From a virus (Duplodnaviria > Heunggongvirae > Uroviricota > Caudoviricetes), in the IMG/VR virus record IMGVR_UViG_3300009500_000011, positions 104,585 to 168,584 of that record: a stretch of DNA of 64,000 nucleotides, one strand, 5' to 3'. The notes under the pieces are model-generated. The model was not told where the DNA came from, did not search any database, and saw nothing but the letters and a program-made list of their open reading frames with translations. The translations under genes and the position numbers were made by a program. The first letter of the stretch is position 1. Each line of letters opens with the position of its first letter. Shown piece after piece: positions 54,288 through 62,662 of the stretch.

Positions 54288-54567
54288 ATATGCTGTTTTC
54301 CATCAAAATTATAATGAAAAATATGATAAACGTTTGATTGCAGTAGTTGAAATTGCAGAAGGTGTTAATCCTCATGCTGCTCATATGTATGGGCAATCAT
54401 TTTTAAATGACCCTGAGCATTATTATACCATTGTCGAAAGATATGAAGAACCAAAGGTTGTATTGATAACAGAAAAAGTTCTTCAAGCAAGATTGTCTAT
54501 AATAGAAAAGCAACGTGAAATTGCTGAAAGACAAAAAGAAATTAATAAGTTATTAAAGGTTGGATAA
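54280..54567 (+). CDS. hypothetical protein
   Basis: ORF track. Confidence 0.5.
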   Translation: MHKYAVFHQNYNEKYDKRLIAVVEIAEGVNPHAAHMYGQSFLNDPEHYYTIVERYEEPKVVLITEKVLQARLSIIEKQREIAERQKEINKLLKVG

Positions 54568-54881
54568 TGAAACCAGCAAATAAACCATGTTCAAAAGAGT
54601 ATTGTTTTAAAGAGGCAAAAGAATTTGAAGATGCTTTAATTGAAGATGGCATGGTTGTCACACGAACAAAACCTAAACTTTTTAAGTGTGGCAAATGTGG
54701 TATTCTTGTTTGTGCCTACCATTCGACGGCATTAGTTATGTTTAGGGATGAACATGGAAATCGAAAACAAATTGCGTATAAACCAGCAATTTGTCGTCGT
54801 TGTTCTTGGTTAGAAGATAATGCTGGTTTACATGGTAGACCCGCAGGTTGGATTGCAACGAGAGTCCCTATTCCTTGGTAA
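54567..54881 (+). CDS. hypothetical Cys-containing protein
   Basis: ORF track. Confidence 0.5.
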   Translation: MKPANKPCSKEYCFKEAKEFEDALIEDGMVVTRTKPKLFKCGKCGILVCAYHSTALVMFRDEHGNRKQIAYKPAICRRCSWLEDNAGLHGRPAGWIATRVPIPW

Positions 54882-54924
54882 TAATCAAAATAATAATTGA
54901 CAACACTAGAAAAGAAAGTAAGAT

Positions 54925-55179
54925 ATGAACATGGATACTAAATCACAGAATTCGGAAGAAACAAAAATTGTAGGTCGTACTGCTTTAGTTACTGGCAAAA
55001 TTGGCCCAGACACACTTGGTCAAGTTACTGTTGCTATACGTGAAGGCACAGATACATATTCTGCGCGTTCGGCTCATCCTGACGAAGTAATATCTGTTGG
55101 TTCTGAAGTTGTAATTTCAAAGTTTTTTCCTCCACGGACTGTTTTAGTTTCAAAAACTACTACTTCTACGAAAGAATAA
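54925..55179 (+). CDS. NfeD-like OB-fold (beta-barrel) protein, partner of the downstream SPFH protein
   Basis: small Gly/Val-rich beta protein TALVTGKIGPDTLGQVTVAIREG...VISVGSEVVISKF directly upstream of a flotillin-like gene (canonical NfeD-SPFH arrangement). Confidence 0.5.
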   Translation: MNMDTKSQNSEETKIVGRTALVTGKIGPDTLGQVTVAIREGTDTYSARSAHPDEVISVGSEVVISKFFPPRTVLVSKTTTSTKE

Positions 55180-55185
55180 TAAATC

Positions 55186-56619
55186 TTGACTAGTTTACTT
55201 ATGACATATGGAATTCCGGTAGGTATCGGATTATTAGCATTATTTTTCATCGTTGGACTTCTTCGTTCAATGTATAAAGTCGCAGAACCGAATGAAGCTT
55301 TAATTATTTCAGGTTTTGGGGCAGGCAAAAAAGGTTCTGACTTAGATTTCAAATCAGTTGCTGGCGGTGGCACATTTGTAATTCCTGGCCTTCAAATTGT
55401 GCGTAAACTTTCTTTAGAAGCCCGTACTGCTAAATTGGTTACAAGTTGTGTTTCTAAGCAGGGTATTGGTGTATCTATTGAAGGTGTTTGTATGTACAAA
55501 ATTGGTGATAGCGCACAATCTATTGCCAACGCTGCACGACGTTTTCTAGGTCAACCAGATGACTTAATTGATAGCAATATTCAAACAGTTCTTGACGGTC
55601 ATCTTCGTTCAATTATCAGTAATTTAACGATTGAAGAAATTCTTCAAAATCGTGAAAAACTTACTGGTGAGACAAGAAGTGCTGCTGATGATGAACTTGC
55701 ACAGATGGGTCTAGTTATTAACTCGCTTCAAATCATTAGTATCAAAGATTCTAGTAATTATGTTGCAAGCATGGCTGCTCCTCATGTTGCAGAAGTTCAA
55801 AAGAATGCTCGTATTGCACAGGCTGCTGCTGAACAAGCAGCAACAATTGCTGAACAAGAGGCTGCTGCTCAAAAGGCCGCTGCTACTAGAGATTCAGAAG
55901 TCAAACAGGCTGCATATTTAGCAGAGATTGAATCTGCGAAAGCAACAGCAGCACAACAAGGCCCTCTAGCGGCTGCTAAAGCGCAACAAGCCGTTATGGT
56001 TGAACAAACTAAAATGACGGAACTTGAAGCTAATCGTAAAGAACAAGAACTTCAAGTTAGTGTTCGTCGTCCTGCTGATGCAGAAGCCTATGCTGTTACA
56101 GTTAAGGCAAATGCTCAAAAGGTTGCTACGATTGCTGCTGCTGAAGCAAATGCACAACAAACTAAACTTGAAGCTGAATCTCGCGCTGCCGCAGCTAGGG
56201 TTCTTGGTGAAGGTGAAGCAGAGGCTACAAAGGCCCGTGGTGCTGGTGAAGCTGCTGCTATTGAAGCCAAAGGTCTTGCTGAAGGTAAAGCAATTCAAGC
56301 GCGTGTACTTGCCGAAGCCGAAGGTATTGCCGCTAGTGGTAAAGCATTCGCTGAAAATAAAGAATCTGTTATTCAAAAGATTCTTGCAGAACATATGCCT
56401 GAAATTGTTAAAGAAGCTGCACAACCATTTGCTGCAATTAAAAACTTCATGGTTCTTGATGGTGCCCAAGGTGTAAATCGTACACTTACCGGAATCATCG
56501 GTGTGGGTGCAACCTTGCTTCCACAAATCATGCAGACTTTTAAAGATGGTGCAGAGGTTGTTAAGAATCAAGTATCACTCACGAATTCTGGAACAGACTC
56601 TGAAAAACCCAAGAAGTAA
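55186..56619 (+). CDS. SPFH/band-7 (flotillin-like) membrane protein with long Ala/Glu/Gln-rich coiled coil
   Basis: N-terminal TM helix; YKVAEPNEALIISG SPFH start; EA/AA coiled-coil repeats typical of flotillins. Confidence 0.8.
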   Translation: MTSLLMTYGIPVGIGLLALFFIVGLLRSMYKVAEPNEALIISGFGAGKKGSDLDFKSVAGGGTFVIPGLQIVRKLSLEARTAKLVTSCVSKQGIGVSIEGVCMYKIGDSAQSIANAARRFLGQPDDLIDSNIQTVLDGHLRSIISNLTIEEILQNREKLTGETRSAADDELAQMGLVINSLQIISIKDSSNYVASMAAPHVAEVQKNARIAQAAAEQAATIAEQEAAAQKAAATRDSEVKQAAYLAEIESAKATAAQQGPLAAAKAQQAVMVEQTKMTELEANRKEQELQVSVRRPADAEAYAVTVKANAQKVATIAAAEANAQQTKLEAESRAAAARVLGEGEAEATKARGAGEAAAIEAKGLAEGKAIQARVLAEAEGIAASGKAFAENKESVIQKILAEHMPEIVKEAAQPFAAIKNFMVLDGAQGVNRTLTGIIGVGATLLPQIMQTFKDGAEVVKNQVSLTNSGTDSEKPKK

Positions 56620-56637
56620 GTAATTTACTACAATCAC

Positions 56638-56677
56638 ATAGCAGGTAGATTAATCTCTACCTGCTATGTTTATTTAA
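56638..56677 (+). terminator. intrinsic terminator
   Basis: catagcaggtagattaatctctacctgctatgtttattt. Confidence 0.65.
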
Positions 56678-56690
56678 AAGGTTCATATAT

Positions 56691-56993
56691 ATGTTAAGCG
56701 AAGAATTTAAAGAAAAAAGATTTAAAGAAAACACATCATTAGATAAAGACCGCATTCTATATTCAGGTGCTTTATATGATGATGTTAGAGCGGCAATATA
56801 TGCTGTAGTTCGTCAATGGCGCGCTTCACATAATAATTTTGGTAAAAATTCTACAATGAAACATGTAGATGAAATTATGACTATGCCTGAAGTAATTCGA
56901 TTATATGACCCATTTTATACAACAAAAAGTTGGTTTAATTATACAGGTTGCACCTGTCGCGGTGATTGCTGCGAAAATCATGAAGAGGAATAA
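56691..56993 (+). CDS. hypothetical protein
   Basis: ORF track. Confidence 0.5.
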   Translation: MLSEEFKEKRFKENTSLDKDRILYSGALYDDVRAAIYAVVRQWRASHNNFGKNSTMKHVDEIMTMPEVIRLYDPFYTTKSWFNYTGCTCRGDCCENHEEE

Positions 56994-57000
56994 TAAAAAA

Positions 57001-57228
57001 ATGCCGTTTTACAAATTTCGTTGCTCAAATTTTGAATGTAGTTATAACCAAAAAGATTTAAAACCATTAGTATTTGAATTAAATATGTCAATGACAAATT
57101 ATTCTCAATTATCTAAAGATAGTATCACCGGGAATCCAATGGTAAAATGTCCAGAATGTTCTTATGATGCTATTAGAGTATTTGAAGCCCCAGCAGTTCA
57201 TACAGAAACGGGAGTTAAATCAAGATAA
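57001..57228 (+). CDS. FmdB-family zinc-ribbon protein
   Basis: MPFYKFRCSNFEC ... VKCPECS matches the MPxYEYxCxxCgxxFE FmdB signature; RBS GAAGAGGAataataaaaaaATG. Confidence 0.55.
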   Translation: MPFYKFRCSNFECSYNQKDLKPLVFELNMSMTNYSQLSKDSITGNPMVKCPECSYDAIRVFEAPAVHTETGVKSR

Positions 57229-57443
57229 TGAATCAAAAAGTTTACCAACCTAGAAAAGAAGATAGAAGAAAATCTTCAAGACGCGAAGCTGATGATAAAG
57301 TTATGGTAACCTTTGAACTTGATAGAGAAGTTTATTTCGAAGTTTTAAAAATTTGTATTGAGACAAAACAAACCTTTGAAGAATTTGTTGTCAAAGCGGT
57401 AAAAGAACAATTAGAAAGAATTAAAAATTCGGATGTTGGGTAG
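57228..57443 (+). CDS. ribbon-helix-helix (CopG/Arc-like) protein
   Basis: basic N-tail then beta-strand KVMVTFELDREVY followed by two helices. Confidence 0.45.
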   Translation: MNQKVYQPRKEDRRKSSRREADDKVMVTFELDREVYFEVLKICIETKQTFEEFVVKAVKEQLERIKNSDVG

Positions 57444-57681
57444 ACAACAATCTTTGTACAATTCTTGTAAAATTAATTTTAATACTTTAAAACAAAATGT
57501 TAAAATTTTGTTGGGTGATAATAAAAAAGTTTTAGATGCCTTACAAGTTGTTGAATTAGAACTAATTAAAGTCAATCCTTATTGTAAAATAACTTCAATT
57601 AAAAATGTTACAGAAGAAGAAAACAATTCTCCTGTTCTAGAAAAAGAGAATACTACTGATGAAAGCAAAACAAGCAATTAA
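57433..57681 (+). CDS. hypothetical protein
   Basis: ORF track. Confidence 0.45.
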   Translation: MLGRQQSLYNSCKINFNTLKQNVKILLGDNKKVLDALQVVELELIKVNPYCKITSIKNVTEEENNSPVLEKENTTDESKTSN

Positions 57682-57853
57682 AATGCTAAAAAACATAGGA
57701 TTTGATATAGAGCGTATGGGAAAAGGTGACCATATATTATTGCGGAGTCCTGATAATAAAAGAATTGTTCTGCAAAATGGTGCATTAGAATTATCTCCAG
57801 GTTTGACAGGTAAAGTTAGAAGTCTTTTGCAAAAAGGTAAGTTAAATGAGTGA
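57659..57853 (+). CDS. hicA: HicA-like mRNA interferase toxin (YcfA family)
   Basis: KQAIKMLKNIGFDIERMGKGDHILLRSPDNKRIVLQNGALELSPGLTGKVRSLL matches the HicA pattern (GsH..l..p.....v.vp.H...l..g.l..il). Confidence 0.6.
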   Translation: MKAKQAIKMLKNIGFDIERMGKGDHILLRSPDNKRIVLQNGALELSPGLTGKVRSLLQKGKLNE

Positions 57854-58106
57854 CCATTATACTTATTCCTATGATTCTCCTCCTTTTTGTTATAAATGTA
57901 AAACATTACATAATAATAATCTAATTTGTGATGTTCTTAAAGAAGAATATCTTAAAAAAAGTTTAGAACCCGAAAGATTTATAAAAGTCCACGAAGAAAA
58001 ACGCTGGATTGATTCGACTAATTTCCGAATAATAGAATATTTCAATCTTTTGCCTAAAAAAATTTATGGAAATTGGGCTAAACCAATATTGTTGACAAAA
58101 CAATAA
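57846..58106 (+). CDS. hypothetical protein immediately downstream of hicA (no recognisable HicB fold)
   Basis: ORF track; overlaps hicA stop. Confidence 0.45.
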   Translation: MSDHYTYSYDSPPFCYKCKTLHNNNLICDVLKEEYLKKSLEPERFIKVHEEKRWIDSTNFRIIEYFNLLPKKIYGNWAKPILLTKQ

Positions 58107-58120
58107 AATTGTGCTATTAT
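58092..58120 (+). promoter_or_regulatory. sigma70 promoter TTGACAAAAC-17-TATTAT for the tRNA-Val/Arg unit
   Basis: ttgaca aaacaataaaattgtgc tattat; tRNA starts 11 nt downstream. Confidence 0.6.
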
Positions 58121-58130
58121 AAAAGTATAT

Positions 58131-58213
58131 CGGCGGGTTCCCGTAGCGGCGAACGGTCTGCTTTTACATGGCAGCATACCACATCGTGGGTTCGAGTCCC
58201 ACCCTGCCGACCA
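58131..58213 (+). tRNA. tRNA-Val (anticodon TAC) with unpaired 11-nt variable loop, CCA encoded
   Basis: acceptor cggcggg/cctgccg; stem ctgct/ggcag; loop ttTACat; variable cataccacatc. Confidence 0.6.
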
Positions 58214-58230
58214 CTTTAGCAGAGAAACAA

Positions 58231-58560
58231 ATGGCAAAAGTAACAAAAAAATTAGAGCATTGCCCTGATTGTTATGTTAAGATAAATGAACGCCATCATA
58301 AAGGCTGTGACATTGAAAGATGTACGGTTTGTGGCGGTCAAAGACTTGTTTGCGGTTGTAAAGGTCATAAGCCTTGGAGTGCTGTTTGGACCGGATTTTG
58401 GCCCGGTGTAATTGAATGTCAAGTTTTAGGATGGTATTCAAAATTTATTCCGAATTATGGTTGGCGTCAAACTACCCAAGATGACCCAGATGGAATGGAA
58501 GATTTAAACCGATGGGTTATCTATAACATGGAAGTTCATCAGTTGACAAATCTTTCCTAA
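58231..58560 (+). CDS. Cys-rich hypothetical protein (track ORF 58168 trimmed past the tRNA)
   Basis: ATG 58231; HCPDC ... CTVCGG ... CGCKG. Confidence 0.45.
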   Translation: MAKVTKKLEHCPDCYVKINERHHKGCDIERCTVCGGQRLVCGCKGHKPWSAVWTGFWPGVIECQVLGWYSKFIPNYGWRQTTQDDPDGMEDLNRWVIYNMEVHQLTNLS

Positions 58561-58685
58561 TTTAGTATCATATAATTGTAAGCACCAAGCGGGTAAGAGA
58601 ATGAATGTAAGAAGTTCTCTCTTCGTAGTGCAATTCCGTGGTTCTTGTCGTCTTAAACCGAACGGCGCTTTTTCGGTTAAAATAT

Positions 58686-58776
58686 CTCGGTGTGGTGTAA
58701 CTGGATAGCACAAAACGCTACGAACGTTTAGGGAGCCGCAAGGCCATTGGGGGTTCGAATCCCTCCATCGAGGCCA
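58686..58776 (+). tRNA. tRNA-Arg (anticodon ACG) carrying a 19-nt variable arm, CCA encoded
   Basis: Arg-type D-loop aactggatag; perfect stem aaacg/cgttt; loop ctACGaa; variable agggagccgcaaggccatt. Confidence 0.6.
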
Positions 58777-59010
58777 ATTAAAAAATTCCTTCTAGTAAAG
58801 AAGGGTAAGAGCATGAGTTAGGCGGGTAAACTGTACTATGCCAGGCCAAGGTAGTGGCAGCACAAATCTACTGTAGAGCAAGAGTCGAACAGTTTACATA
58901 AGAACACCTAGCAAACTGGGAGAGTTGAGGCCCAGGGATGCCGCCGAACATTCACTCTGTACAATTCGGCATTCAAAATTTCAAACTGCAAATTGAGTGC
59001 AGTATTTAAT

Positions 59011-59294
59011 TGAAACATTATAGATATCAAAGTCAAGAAGATGGTTACTGTCTTTCAAAAGAAGAATGGTGCTATCTTTGGTCATTAGAAGATGATTATT
59101 TAGGTCCAAATTGGACTCATGAAGATAGTTGGGAAGTTTATTTTGATGAAAGGTTGAATAACAAAAGCTTTATATCTATTGAAGATGAACAACATTCATG
59201 CAATAGATATAAAGGACAAACAATTCAACAAATAGAAGAAGAAATGATTCACTACTTTGAAAAAATTGAAGGAATGAAAAAAATTTCAAAGTAA
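59011..59294 (+). CDS. hypothetical protein, TTG start, no RBS (doubtful)
   Basis: ORF track only; no in-frame ATG near 5' end. Confidence 0.25.
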
Positions 59295-59297
59295 GAC

Positions 59298-59326
59298 TTG
59301 TCTTTTCCACAACAATGATATATAAT
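59298..59326 (+). promoter_or_regulatory. sigma70 promoter TTGTCT-17-TATAAT
   Basis: ttgtct tttccacaacaatgata tataat. Confidence 0.55.
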
Positions 59327-59383
59327 GCTACAAGTGTGGATTTTCCACATAATTTGATTAAAGAAGAAAGGAACTTATCGAAA

Positions 59384-59467
59384 ATGCAAACTGCTAATAA
59401 CGTTGCAATGGCCCCGGTTGTTGTCGTTCCCGCACCTCAAGGTGTGTTAGTTAGTTATGCCCGATAA
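59384..59467 (+). CDS. 27-aa hydrophobic peptide MQTANNVAMAPVVVVPAPQGVLVSYAR with own promoter and terminator
   Basis: RBS AAAGGAActtatcgaaaATG; terminator 31 nt downstream. Confidence 0.4.
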   Translation: MQTANNVAMAPVVVVPAPQGVLVSYAR

Positions 59468-59496
59468 GTAACCTTAAGGTCTAAAAAAGAATTTAG

Positions 59497-59526
59497 AACC
59501 CCTGGTGAAAACCGGGGGTTTTTTGT
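59497..59526 (+). terminator. intrinsic terminator
   Basis: gaacccctggtgaaaaccgggggttttttg. Confidence 0.7.
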
Positions 59527-59626
59527 ATAATCGGGGGTAGGCAAGCGGTGAGCCATCTGGCCTGGACTCATTGTTATTAATCCAAATCAATTGAGTATTT
59601 CTCCTTTAGAAGGAGATTATTCAAAA

Positions 59627-60082
59627 ATGAAAACTTGTTTAAACTGCAAACAAATTAAAGACGAATCTTTATTTAGATGGAAAAATAAATCCAAGGGTTG
59701 GAAAAAAGCTAATTGTATAGAATGTGATAAAGTCTACGATAGAAAATATCATCAAAATCGACCATTAGAAAAGAAAAAAAATAAATTAATTTTAAGTAAA
59801 AAAAGAATAGACGATATAACAGAAAAAATTTGTTTACTTTTATTAAATAAAAAATGTATTGATTGTGGTCAATCTGATATTAGAGCTTTAGATTTTGACC
59901 ATCAAGAAAATAAAACTAATAATATTGGTAATCTTACTAGTATTAAATGGAGTTGGGAAAGAGTTCAAGAAGAAATCGAAAAATGTGTAGTTAGATGTGC
60001 TAATTGTCATAGAATTAAAACTCATAAAGAGAGAAAAACACGAAAATATTTATTTGGTTTAAAATATAATCTCTGGGAGTAA
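59627..60082 (+). CDS. HNH homing endonuclease (paralog 3 of 3)
   Basis: ATG 59627 with RBS GAAGGAGAttattcaaaaATG; DFDHQENKTNNIGNL ... CVVRCANCHRIKT; 40-50% identical in blocks to 17713. Confidence 0.7.
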   Translation: MKTCLNCKQIKDESLFRWKNKSKGWKKANCIECDKVYDRKYHQNRPLEKKKNKLILSKKRIDDITEKICLLLLNKKCIDCGQSDIRALDFDHQENKTNNIGNLTSIKWSWERVQEEIEKCVVRCANCHRIKTHKERKTRKYLFGLKYNLWE

Positions 60083-60122
60083 CTCAAAAGTAGAGTGCTA
60101 TGTTTGGAACATAGAAGTTGGG

Positions 60123-60515
60123 ATGGCAGAATTCCCCTCTCAGACCAATCTTTTAGAAAGAAGAGACATGGGACTGTTTAGAAAAATATCTACGGCCACT
60201 TTACCATCAAATAACGCTGTAATGAAAAGTTATTTGGTAGATACAAAAAATCCAAATCCCTATAAGTATAAAATTTTAAAAACAGAACAATTAGGTGAAT
60301 ATTTGATTGTCAAAATTAATTATCCTAATTGTGAAAATTACGAAGGAAATAAAATTTTAGTTTATAAAAATACTACAATAGATAAATTAGTATCAGGAAA
60401 ATATATAGACCCGCATTTTTTTGATAATAAAATTTACAATTCTCCAATTGCTAGATTTCGACCAACCAAAGAAGGTTGGAATATGGCAATTAATTTTGTA
60501 AAAGGTTTAAAATAA
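60123..60515 (+). CDS. hypothetical protein
   Basis: ORF track. Confidence 0.5.
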   Translation: MAEFPSQTNLLERRDMGLFRKISTATLPSNNAVMKSYLVDTKNPNPYKYKILKTEQLGEYLIVKINYPNCENYEGNKILVYKNTTIDKLVSGKYIDPHFFDNKIYNSPIARFRPTKEGWNMAINFVKGLK

Positions 60516-60519
60516 ATAT

Positions 60520-60593
60520 AGCGGAGTGGTGAAATGGTATCATGCGTGGTTTGGGACCATGTGGCGAGGGTTCGATTCCCTCCTCTGCTACCA
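60520..60593 (+). tRNA. tRNA-Pro (anticodon TGG), CCA encoded
   Basis: acceptor agcggag/ctctgct; stem cgtgg/ccatg; loop ttTGGga; T-arm gagggttcgattccctc. Confidence 0.7.
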
Positions 60594-60597
60594 ATTT

Positions 60598-60672
60598 CCC
60601 CGGTTAGTTCAGCGGGAGAACGCCACATTGACATTGTGGAGGTGGTAGGTTCGACACCTACACCGGGGACCA
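60598..60672 (+). tRNA. tRNA-Val (anticodon GAC), CCA encoded
   Basis: perfect acceptor ccccggt/accgggg; stem ccaca/tgtgg; loop ttGACat. Confidence 0.75.
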
Positions 60673-60792
60673 ACAAACTTAAAGAAGTTGCGCTCAATCC
60701 GACGCTACAAGGTCGCTCCTTGTATCTTGTATAGAGAATATCGGAGTGCGAGACGTTTTCGGTTCACTACGAGTAAGAAGGGAACCGTTTAA

Positions 60793-60867
60793 GGGGAACT
60801 AGTGCTAATGGTAACACGACTCGCTTGCACCGAGTAATTCAGAGTTCGATTCTCTGGTTCTCCACCA
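60793..60867 (+). tRNA. tRNA-Ala (anticodon TGC) with G3:U70, CCA encoded
   Basis: acceptor ggggaac/gttctcc; perfect stem actcg/cgagt; loop ctTGCac. Confidence 0.75.
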
Positions 60868-60891
60868 AATTTATTCAAGGTAAATAGTAGT

Positions 60892-61110
60892 ATGTCATTT
60901 AGAAAATTTGTATTTGAAAGAAGTGAAGATGTAAGCGGAGTATCAGGAATCGGTATTGTTGCTGAAGGCGTAGAATTTTCAAATGGTAAAACAGTAATTG
61001 CTTGGTGCGTTCCTGGAAAACCAAATTCAGCAGTTATATACGATAATATACACGAAGCAATAGAAGTACATGGTCACGAAGGCCGAACAGTAATAAAATG
61101 GATAGATTAA
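60892..61110 (+). CDS. hypothetical protein
   Basis: ORF track. Confidence 0.5.
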   Translation: MSFRKFVFERSEDVSGVSGIGIVAEGVEFSNGKTVIAWCVPGKPNSAVIYDNIHEAIEVHGHEGRTVIKWID

Positions 61111-61111
61111 G

Positions 61112-61513
61112 ATGGATGAATTTGAAGAAATTATTGATGTTTTAGTCCGAAAAATTGAACTATCTGATGATAGATATGTTTTGGTTATAAATGGTAAATA
61201 TCAATTAGTAGTTGATGCAGATTGTTGCTCTGAAACATGGATTGAACATATTATTGGTGTAAAACAATTATTAGGTTCAAAAATAAGAAGTGTAAAAAGA
61301 TTAGAATTTCCATCTGAATATATTGAATGCTTGACGAAAGCAGAACCATCTGCCGACTATACACAATATTATGGATTAGCTATAACTTCTAGAAATGGGC
61401 AAATGATTATTGATTTTCGTAATCGGAGCAATGGTTATTATGGTGGAAGTATTCAGTTGCTTATTAGCGAAAAAATTCCTTCAAATTTAAGATTGATAAC
61501 CGAGGATGAATAA
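61112..61513 (+). CDS. hypothetical protein
   Basis: ORF track. Confidence 0.5.
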   Translation: MDEFEEIIDVLVRKIELSDDRYVLVINGKYQLVVDADCCSETWIEHIIGVKQLLGSKIRSVKRLEFPSEYIECLTKAEPSADYTQYYGLAITSRNGQMIIDFRNRSNGYYGGSIQLLISEKIPSNLRLITEDE

Positions 61514-61515
61514 TA

Positions 61516-61716
61516 ATGTTCTGCGGTAAAAAACCAACTCAAGATGAAATAATGAAAATCAAAGAGTTTGCTGCTTTCTTAAGAAATATAAATTCTATCG
61601 AAAAAGATGAGAACTTGACAAAAGAAGAAAAAAAAGATAAACTAAACGAAATTATAGCGCAAGCAAATAATAAAATACAAAAAGAATGGGAAAATGGCAG
61701 AAAAAAACGACGATAA
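61516..61716 (+). CDS. hypothetical Lys/Glu-rich protein
   Basis: ORF track. Confidence 0.45.
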   Translation: MFCGKKPTQDEIMKIKEFAAFLRNINSIEKDENLTKEEKKDKLNEIIAQANNKIQKEWENGRKKRR

Positions 61717-61924
61717 GTTTGAACTAAAAGGTTTTGTACTTAAATCACATCCCGGAGCAACTTTTTCAGTTCGATTAGAAGGAATAGAAAAAGATGTTCT
61801 TTGTCATCTTTCTGGGAAAATGCGAATGAATAATATTCGTGTTCTAGAAGGTGATACTGTGGATGTTGAAATGGATGTATATGATTTATCTAGGGGTAAA
61901 ATCATATTTAGGTATAAGAAATAG
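61694..61924 (+). CDS. infA: translation initiation factor IF-1 homolog (S1-like OB fold)
   Basis: LKGFVLKSHPGATFSVRLEG...VLCHLSGKMRMNNIRVLEGDTVDVEMDVYDLSRGKIIFRYK aligns along its full length with bacterial IF-1 (MQGTVLE..PN.MFRVELENGH.V.AHISGKMRKNYIRIL.GD.V.VE..PYDLSKGRI.FR). Confidence 0.85.
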   Translation: MAEKNDDKFELKGFVLKSHPGATFSVRLEGIEKDVLCHLSGKMRMNNIRVLEGDTVDVEMDVYDLSRGKIIFRYKK

Positions 61925-62081
61925 ATGGTCGATAGACTATTACATTTTCTTCAAAATAAATATGTTCCCGCACTATGGGCAGTTTTATTAACAGTATGGT
62001 TAATTGGTGCTATAATTGATACAACTCCCAAAGTATATAATGTAATAAATTTAATAAATAAACAAATAAAGGTCAATCATC

Positions 62082-62360
62082 ATGTTTGAAATTGAATTTG
62101 TTGGTGGATATCATGATGGAAGAATTGAAAAGGTTGCTAAAACAAATCCTACAAAAACATTAACAATTAGCCAAAAAATGTCTACGAATGATTTAACTGG
62201 AGAAATTAAATCTCTTGTAAGCAGCTACAAATTAGATAGGAAAACTGAAGGTGTAAATGGTTTTCCACGCATTATTTATATAATTGATGCAGAAATTATA
62301 GAAACATCATTGATGCAAGATTTAATTAAAAATACAAGACACCTTCCAGAAGGATTATAA
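62082..62360 (+). CDS. hypothetical protein
   Basis: ORF track. Confidence 0.5.
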   Translation: MFEIEFVGGYHDGRIEKVAKTNPTKTLTISQKMSTNDLTGEIKSLVSSYKLDRKTEGVNGFPRIIYIIDAEIIETSLMQDLIKNTRHLPEGL

Positions 62361-62361
62361 A

Positions 62362-62562
62362 ATGGCAGAAAAAGTTCAAAGTGATTCAACTATGTTTTTT
62401 AATTCGCGAGAAGATTCTGAAAAATTAATTAAAGAAGTTAAACATATTTCGACTACTAAGGTTCAAATTCCATTGCATGATGAATTACAAAAATTGATAT
62501 CCCATTCTGTTGGGATACCTCCTGAAGTAATGAATATTGACAAAACTAAAGAAAAAGAGTAG
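62362..62562 (+). CDS. hypothetical protein
   Basis: ORF track. Confidence 0.45.
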   Translation: MAEKVQSDSTMFFNSREDSEKLIKEVKHISTTKVQIPLHDELQKLISHSVGIPPEVMNIDKTKEKE

Positions 62563-62565
62563 TAT
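62537..62565 (+). promoter_or_regulatory. TTGACAAAAC-type promoter (TTGACA-17-TAGTAT) upstream of tRNA-Ala
   Basis: ttgaca aaactaaagaaaaagag tagtat; embedded in 3' end of ORF 62362. Confidence 0.4.
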
Positions 62566-62577
62566 ATAAATAAATAT

Positions 62578-62652
62578 GGGGTTATCATATAGTGGCTATT
62601 ATGACGGTTTTGCAAATCGTTCACCTCAGTTCGACTCTGAGTAGCTCCACCA
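62578..62652 (+). tRNA. second tRNA-Ala (anticodon TGC) with G3:U70, different body, CCA encoded
   Basis: acceptor ggggtta/tagctcc; stem acggt/atcgt; loop ttTGCaa; T-arm ctcagttcgactctgag. Confidence 0.6.
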
Positions 62653-62662
62653 AACAAAAATT

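Noticed and set aside
58064-58246. Track ORF 58064..58246(-) and the 5' part of 58168..58560(+)
   Set aside because: Overlap tRNA-Val; CDS trimmed to ATG 58231
58780-59010. 230-bp ORF-free spacer after tRNA-Arg with hairpins (ccttctagtaaagaagg; ctgcaaattgagtgcag)
   Set aside because: No promoter/terminator pair as clean as the other ncRNA candidates; left unannotated
60434-60734. Track ORFs 60434..60697(-) and 60534..60734(+)
   Set aside because: Overlap tRNA-Pro and tRNA-Val; spurious
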